NCBI GenBank assembly: GCA_965216785.1 | Contig: OZ244197.1 | Coordinates: 1,792,001 to 1,856,000, forward strand | DNA: 64,000 bases | Source of the DNA: Thermodesulfobacteriota bacterium | GTDB taxonomy: Bacteria > Desulfobacterota_D > UBA1144 > Nemesobacterales > UBA2774 | Direction: 5' to 3' | Shown here: positions 58,389 through 64,000 of the stretch, piece after piece | How the letters are laid out: the number at the start of each line of letters is the position of its first letter | How positions within the stretch are numbered: position 1 is the stretch's first letter | The notes under the pieces: model-generated | What the model was told of the DNA's origin: nothing | The model's input: the letters and a program-made list of their open reading frames with translations, nothing else | Database searches by the model: none | Made by a program: the position numbers and the translations under genes

Positions 58389-60344
58389 TTATGAGAAAAG
58401 CGCCCTTGCCGCGGACTCGGATATAAATAACGCTATGACACCCCAGAGGAAGTAGCGCCAGAGCTCCTTGAAAACCTTGACCAGCCCAAGCTCGCTCTTA
58501 GGCTCAGACTCTATGCTTAATGCGCCAAGCTTCTCAAGATTTGACTCTAGCGGGTCAATGTTTACCGCGAACTCATACGCATCCTCACCGTCGATTATAA
58601 CTTCGTATATTCCTGAGCGTTTTGTATCCCGGAACAAAGGCTCTTCCGGGTCGATCTTGAAGTCCTCTCCCAAGGGGTTTTTGACAACTATCGACGTAGC
58701 CTCGGCAGTAGTGTCGATAGCGATCTTGTCTGTAACTATGTAATTTCTGCGTTTTGTATTGGATAGGCTCTCAAAATCGAGAAACTCCTTAATTATAGGA
58801 GCGAATACCGGGGTGATGGGAAAATTACTCCAGGCCGTGTCCGCTGTAGAAGTGAATAGGAAGACGTTTCCTTCCCCGTACCCTGAGTAGATCAAAAACG
58901 GGGATTCGTCAGAGAGCTTGAGGACTGTTTCTGAGCCTTGTGCCGGAATCAGAGGAAAAGACCTGTTAACCTTGGCACGGTCTATTTTTTCAAACAGCTC
59001 CTCTGAAAATAAACCGGACGCAACTGCTACAAGAGTGGAATCTATCTGAGCTGGAGCGCCCAGCTCGCCGGGCAGTATGTTTTTCAGCAGCGCGTTGTAA
59101 CTCGCCGCCCGGACCCTGTCGCCGGGGAAAATTACCAAAGTGCCGCCTCGCTCTACGTACTCTTGTAGCTCAGCAGCTTTTCCCGGGGTTATCTCGCCCA
59201 CGTTCGCAAGAAATATAAGATCATATGTTGGCAGCTCTTCGTCTAAAAAGCTCTCGTTATCTTTTATTCTGATTCTCGATCGAAGGAGCTCTGAAGCGGT
59301 CTCGGCAGCGCTTGCCAGATAATAGGATTCGCTTAGTCTCGAGTCCTCTCTCGGATCGCCGTCCACGATCAGGACATTAAGAGCGCCGGAACGGGAAAGC
59401 ACAAAGTGGCGCGTGTCATCTATACGCAGCTCGTCCTCGGGTATCGACGCGCTGCCAGACCCCTCGGGCTCTTCACCGCCGCGGGTGCGGGGAAATATGA
59501 ATTCCTTGTTTGTAAAATCCCCGGGGCCGATATCTATGTATGCTTTTATCTCTTCTCCCGATAATTCCGTTTCCGTGAGTAGATCGCTCGTTTCTGTATT
59601 TGAGAAATTGGATACATTGACCTTTAGCTTGATTGAGTCCTTTGTGTAGCGGCTTTGTATCTCTGTAACGCCGTGGTTTTCGGGAAACTCTATATCCGAT
59701 ACATCAATCAGTGTGAGCCAGTTTCTCGTATAGTCCTCTCTCTTCCATCCGTTTTTCTGAAAGTCAGTGACGAGCACAACTTGCTTTTCCTGATGTGGAG
59801 ACTTTTCTAAGGCGGAATAGACCTGCTCGAGTCTCCTTTCGTTATCTGTATAGGTGTCGGAAAGGGTTATTTTCTCTAAGTCCTTTTGTGCTGTTTGCCT
59901 GTTCTGAATGACGGATATAGCCGCGCTTTGCCCGGGCACGAGCGGCAGGGCTGCGAAAAAGCTGCCGTCGGGGGCAGAATCGATTATGCGCTCTGCCTCT
60001 TTCTTTGCCTTTTTAAAATTATCCCCGTAACCCATACTGAATGAGTTGTCTAATACCACTGCAAGTGAGCGGGGCTCTGAGCTCTCAGCTGTTGAGAAAG
60101 TAAATATTGCGGGTTTTGCGAATATTAACGCTATGAGCACTATTATGAGCGCGCGCAGTAGCAGCAGTATCAAGTCCTTTAACCTTGAACGGGTCGCCAT
60201 CTCTCCCTGTGAGGTCAACAGGAACCTGACGGCGGGAAACCGCTTTTGGAAACCGCTCTTACGGGATATAAGGTGCGCGATTACGGGCAGCGAGACCGCA
60301 ATTAGACCTATGAGAAAAATCGGGCTTAAAAAAGAAAAATTCAA
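58389..60344 (-). CDS. BatA + vWA domain membrane protein
   Basis: N-terminal BatA (P..AHL..R..F.A..FL), LDNSFSM MIDAS, TDFQ; C-terminal TM. Confidence 0.85.
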   Translation of the reverse strand: MNFSFLSPIFLIGLIAVSLPVIAHLISRKSGFQKRFPAVRFLLTSQGEMATRSRLKDLILLLLRALIIVLIALIFAKPAIFTFSTAESSEPRSLAVVLDNSFSMGYGDNFKKAKKEAERIIDSAPDGSFFAALPLVPGQSAAISVIQNRQTAQKDLEKITLSDTYTDNERRLEQVYSALEKSPHQEKQVVLVTDFQKNGWKREDYTRNWLTLIDVSDIEFPENHGVTEIQSRYTKDSIKLKVNVSNFSNTETSDLLTETELSGEEIKAYIDIGPGDFTNKEFIFPRTRGGEEPEGSGSASIPEDELRIDDTRHFVLSRSGALNVLIVDGDPREDSRLSESYYLASAAETASELLRSRIRIKDNESFLDEELPTYDLIFLANVGEITPGKAAELQEYVERGGTLVIFPGDRVRAASYNALLKNILPGELGAPAQIDSTLVAVASGLFSEELFEKIDRAKVNRSFPLIPAQGSETVLKLSDESPFLIYSGYGEGNVFLFTSTADTAWSNFPITPVFAPIIKEFLDFESLSNTKRRNYIVTDKIAIDTTAEATSIVVKNPLGEDFKIDPEEPLFRDTKRSGIYEVIIDGEDAYEFAVNIDPLESNLEKLGALSIESEPKSELGLVKVFKELWRYFLWGVIALFISESAARALFS

Positions 60345-60353
60345 TAGTCTGCT

Positions 60354-61226
60354 CTATTTATCGGCTATTTCGATAAGGGGCTCTTCAACTGAAACGTCCG
60401 AGCGAGTAAAGACGTAGCGGCATTCAAATTCGTGGCACATACTCTTAAGCTCGTCTATAAACTCTCTTACCCTTTTCTTATAAGTATGTCTTATGCTCGC
60501 CGTATCGACAATAACTTTAGCGTCCGATTCCATATCGAGAAACTCCACCGAACCCTCGAACCCAAAATCAGTCTCGTCCGGGTGGAGCACATGAAATAGA
60601 GTAACGTCCTTTTTTGAAGCCCTTAGAAGCTGAAGGGATTCTCTTATCTCCTTTGGCTCCATCAGGAAATCGGATACTAATACGAAAGTCGCGCTCGATC
60701 TATAGATTTCGAGTGCCTCTAAAAGCGGTTTTCTGAGCACCGTTTTGCCCTGTGGCGTAATATTCTCGAGCTTGTCAACGATTGGCATAATGGAGGAGTT
60801 TCCCGATCTCGGAGGTATAATTTCCGAATCGAGCCCGGAGTAGCAGCTGAGTCCGACCGAATCTCCTTGTCTCAATAGTAAATACGCCAAGGTAGCCGAG
60901 AGTTTTTTTGAGAAAGAAAGCTTGTTCGAGTGCTCGTCCCCATAGTCCATTGAAGCGCTTTTATCAACAAGTATGCACCAGCTAAGGTTAACTTCGTCTT
61001 CGTACTTCTTTACATAGAGCCTGTCGTGACGGCCGTAAAGACGCCAGTCCACCTGCTTAAGCTCATCGCCTTTGTTGTATTCCTTATACTCCATGAAATC
61101 GGGGCTTATGCCCCTGTATAGGCTCTTGTGAATGCCCGATTTCTGGCCTCTTACACTCGAACGGGTGCGGAAGTAAAATCCTTTAAGTCTCGATGCAGTA
61201 TCTATGTCCAGAATGCCGTTTGACAT
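60354..61226 (-). CDS. DUF58 (MoxR-associated vWA) protein
   Basis: G.H.S..RG..PDF.EYKEY..GD....DW, DKSASM. Confidence 0.9.
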   Translation of the reverse strand: MSNGILDIDTASRLKGFYFRTRSSVRGQKSGIHKSLYRGISPDFMEYKEYNKGDELKQVDWRLYGRHDRLYVKKYEDEVNLSWCILVDKSASMDYGDEHSNKLSFSKKLSATLAYLLLRQGDSVGLSCYSGLDSEIIPPRSGNSSIMPIVDKLENITPQGKTVLRKPLLEALEIYRSSATFVLVSDFLMEPKEIRESLQLLRASKKDVTLFHVLHPDETDFGFEGSVEFLDMESDAKVIVDTASIRHTYKKRVREFIDELKSMCHEFECRYVFTRSDVSVEEPLIEIADK

Positions 61227-61272
61227 AATTTACGGGTGGGTATGTGTTCTGGAATTCGGTAAATCTACGGGC

Positions 61273-61770
61273 TCAATTAAGAAGTTTATCTATCTCTTTA
61301 GTAATTGAGTCCTCGCCTAAATTCTTAGCAATGGAAATTTCTTTTGTCAGAAGCGTACGAGCCGAATCCATAATCCTCTTTTCGCCAAAGGAGAGGTCTT
61401 TGTCTTTTTGCAGCATATTAATGTCTTTCAGCACGTTCGCGACTTCGAATATATCACCAGACTTGAGCTTGTCGGAATATTCGCGGTAACGCTTGTTCCA
61501 GCTCTGGCGTCCGTTCTGATGTCCTGAGTTCTTGTCTTTGTTCTTGAGTATATTGTAGATTCGGTTGATATCTTTTTTGGTGATTACGGCCCTTAGCCCT
61601 ACGGCCTCCGCGTTGTCAGTCGGGACCATGACAGTGACGTCGCTGTCAATTACCTGAAGGATGTAGAAATCTTTTTTAGTGCCGCAAATTTCTTTAGATT
61701 CTATTGCTTGGACTTTTACTACTCCGTGGGCTGGATACACAGCCTGTTTGCCTACTTTAAACATTGTCAT
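61273..61770 (-). CDS. carD: CarD/CdnL-family transcription factor
   Basis: FKVG..AVYPAHGV, VMVP, WNKRYR, LSFGEK; probable start at 61770 or 61764. Confidence 0.92.
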   Translation of the reverse strand: MTMFKVGKQAVYPAHGVVKVQAIESKEICGTKKDFYILQVIDSDVTVMVPTDNAEAVGLRAVITKKDINRIYNILKNKDKNSGHQNGRQSWNKRYREYSDKLKSGDIFEVANVLKDINMLQKDKDLSFGEKRIMDSARTLLTKEISIAKNLGEDSITKEIDKLLN

Positions 61771-61855
61771 TACCAACCCCCTTAGCAACTTTGAACGAAA
61801 TTCGCCTAGATAAATAGTTTCGGATTTTGCTTTGCATGTTGTTTGTTTGACCCTA

Positions 61856-61990
61856 ATTTATTCCCGAGCATTGCTGTAAATCACTCGCCTCTGTCCTCAG
61901 ATTTATTCCCCGGCATTGCTGTGAAACGCTCGCCTCTGTCCTCTGATTTACTCCCCGGCATTACTGTGAAACGCTCGCCTCTGTCCCCAT
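61856..61990. repeat. Three tandem ~45-bp repeats upstream of carD
   Basis: Units start at 61856, 61901 and 61946: atttaYtcccNRgcattRctgtRaaWcRctcgcctctgtcc... Confidence 0.9.
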
Positions 61991-62428
61991 AGCCGACCCC
62001 ACAGATTAAATGTTGCCCGTAATGTTTAGACGCAAAATTTTGTGACCCTGCAACAATTTATTTTGTGTGATCTCCCGATTTAGTAGGTGGCTTTGATCGT
62101 TAACAGCCTATCATAAAATTATGCCAGGGTCAAATGAAAATTGAGGTCCGTGACGCTGTGGTATAAATACTAGAGGACAAAAAATTTCCCGAAATCTCAG
62201 TATTTTAGGCGCGTCATATAAAATTTCTGTGAACCGGGCAAAAATTATATATATGCAGTATAGCAATAATATATAAAATATTATTTTGTCCTGCTAATAT
62301 GTTGCAGATTCATACTTTATTTATATTATTACAGCTCAGGGTCTTGAAATTGCCCCGATTGTTATATACGCTTCTATGCTTTTCAAAACCCAGGCCATAA
62401 GCAATTGAACTCGGAGGTAGTACTTACG

Positions 62429-63982
62429 TTGCCAAAGTTAACACAAAGTGAGCTGGCTCAACAGCACGGAATTGAAGACCCAAAGAATATTTATTACAAC
62501 CTGTCCATACCTGAGCTTTATGAGGAGATGATAAGGCGCGGCGAAGGCCAGATAGGCGAGGGCGGCACTGTGGTAGCCTATACGGGCGTGCATACCGGGC
62601 GCTCACCGGCGGACCGCTTTATTGTTGAGGAGAGCGGTACGAAAGCGGATATTCACTGGGGAGCCATAAATAAGCCTATCAGTTCTGAGAGCTTCGACAG
62701 ACTTCATAAAAAAATTCTTGACTACTACAAAGGTAAAGACCTATTCGTAAGAGACCTCTACGTGTGCGCGCACCCCGACTACCGTAAAAAAGTGAGGGTG
62801 ATAAATGAGTACGCTTGGCATAATATTTTCGTAAATAACCTATTCATAAGACCTGACGAGAAAGACCTCCCACACGACTCTGTAGGGTTTACAGTTCTTA
62901 GCGCGCCGGGTGTGAAGGCCGACCCTGAAACCGACGGCACACGCTCTGAAACATTTATTATCCTGAACTTTGAAAAACGCATGGCTATAATAGGCGGCAC
63001 AGAGTATGCGGGCGAGATGAAAAAGTCCGTTTTCTCAGCGCTTAACTTCCTGCTCCCGAAATCAAACGTATTTCCGATGCACTGCTCGGCTAACGTAGGT
63101 AGTGACGATGACGTAGCTCTCTTTTTTGGTCTATCCGGTACAGGAAAGACCACCTTGTCCGCAGATCCGAACAGGCCCCTCATCGGTGATGACGAGCACG
63201 GCTGGTTTGACGGAGGGGTGTTTAATTTCGAGGGGGGCTGCTACGCAAAGGCAATCAAGCTCAACCCTGAAACAGAGCCCGAGATTTACAACGCGTCCCT
63301 TCAGTTCGGTACAGTGCTCGAGAACGTTACGATGGACCCTGACACAAGAAAGATAGATTTTGACAGTGACGAGCATACTGAAAACACGAGAGTCGCATAC
63401 CAGATAGATGCTCTAGACTGCATAGTTCCAGATGGTGTGGGCAGTACTCCGAAGACAATATTTATGCTCACTTATGACGCGTTCGGAGTGCTTCCTCCGA
63501 TATCCAAGCTTACGCCTGAGCAGGCTATGTACTTCTTTACCCTGGGCTACACGGCAAAGGTCGCGGGCACGGAGCGCGGAGTTGACGAGCCGCAGGCTAC
63601 TTTCAGCTCGTGTTTCGGATCGCCTTTTATGCCGAGACCTCCTCTATTTTATGCTGAGATGCTTAAGGACAAGCTGGAGTCCTCGGGCGCCACAGTTTGG
63701 CTCCTTAATACGGGAATTACCGGCGGCCCTTACGGTATCGGAAAGCGTATGCCGCTTCCACAGACAAGGGCGCTTGTAACGGCGGCTGTTGACGGCTCGC
63801 TCACAAGCGGATCGTTCGAGGATGTGCCGGTATTCGGACTTAGTGTTCCTAGCTCATGCCCGGGAGTTGACGATAAGCTCCTTCAGCCCAAGAAAAGCTG
63901 GTCGGATCCTGCGGAATACGATGCCAAAGCAAATGAGCTTCAAGCACGCTTCGAAGAGGAATTCGCCAAGCACAAGAGCTAA
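62429..63982 (+). CDS. pckA: Phosphoenolpyruvate carboxykinase (ATP)
   Basis: TGRSP, YAGEMKK, MHCSAN, GLSGTGKTTLS, GDDEHGW, NFEGGCYAK; GGAGGT RBS favours TTG at 62429. Confidence 0.96.
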   Translation: MPKLTQSELAQQHGIEDPKNIYYNLSIPELYEEMIRRGEGQIGEGGTVVAYTGVHTGRSPADRFIVEESGTKADIHWGAINKPISSESFDRLHKKILDYYKGKDLFVRDLYVCAHPDYRKKVRVINEYAWHNIFVNNLFIRPDEKDLPHDSVGFTVLSAPGVKADPETDGTRSETFIILNFEKRMAIIGGTEYAGEMKKSVFSALNFLLPKSNVFPMHCSANVGSDDDVALFFGLSGTGKTTLSADPNRPLIGDDEHGWFDGGVFNFEGGCYAKAIKLNPETEPEIYNASLQFGTVLENVTMDPDTRKIDFDSDEHTENTRVAYQIDALDCIVPDGVGSTPKTIFMLTYDAFGVLPPISKLTPEQAMYFFTLGYTAKVAGTERGVDEPQATFSSCFGSPFMPRPPLFYAEMLKDKLESSGATVWLLNTGITGGPYGIGKRMPLPQTRALVTAAVDGSLTSGSFEDVPVFGLSVPSSCPGVDDKLLQPKKSWSDPAEYDAKANELQARFEEEFAKHKS

Positions 63983-64000
63983 TAGTAAGCATTCTACTCA

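Noticed and set aside
61856-61990. CRISPR array
   Set aside because: Units are contiguous with no unique spacers, and no cas genes are nearby.

Overview
Bacterial chromosomal window in three parts. Taxonomy cannot be fixed from the sequence; the gene content looks deltaproteobacteria-grade (Desulfobacterota/Dadabacteria-like), unverified. (1) 1-14.9 kb: a surface-glycan modification cluster (FG-GAP protein, SGNH hydrolase, SxtJ/carbamoyltransferase/SxtK-like triplet, two sugar C-methyltransferases, gmd, fcl), then a c-di-GMP-I riboswitch leading two large secreted PKD/FN3/beta-helix proteins. (2) 14968-33237: an ~18.2 kb integrative element in tRNA-Arg(CCT), bounded by a 48-bp direct repeat that is the 5' HALF of the tRNA rather than the usual 3' end. 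The intact tRNA therefore lies behind the integrase, and the original tRNA upstream region points into the island. The minus-strand backbone (sigma70-r4 protein, xis-like HTH, minimal HUH Rep, DUF6788-like protein, tyrosine integrase with visible arm-type repeats) is split by ~14.7 kb of cargo. The cargo is bounded by an imperfect 22-bp palindromic repeat and subdivided by three copies of a 17-24 bp palindromic site. It holds an RloC-like ABC-ATPase, an XRE/secreted-protein pair, and a c-di-AMP cyclase + Mg2+ transporter (MgtE, 2x CNNM, broken CorA, MscS) + RimK/RimB-like/AstE module. (3) 33.3-64 kb: mostly housekeeping genes (gldA, pyk, MntR/TroABCD Mn uptake with two operators, priA, glnE, carD, pckA), a TPR gene with an in-frame stop, and a 45-bp x3 repeat. 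The most promising novel system is the 5'-tRNA-targeting, HUH-Rep-encoding element with apparently cassette-like cargo.
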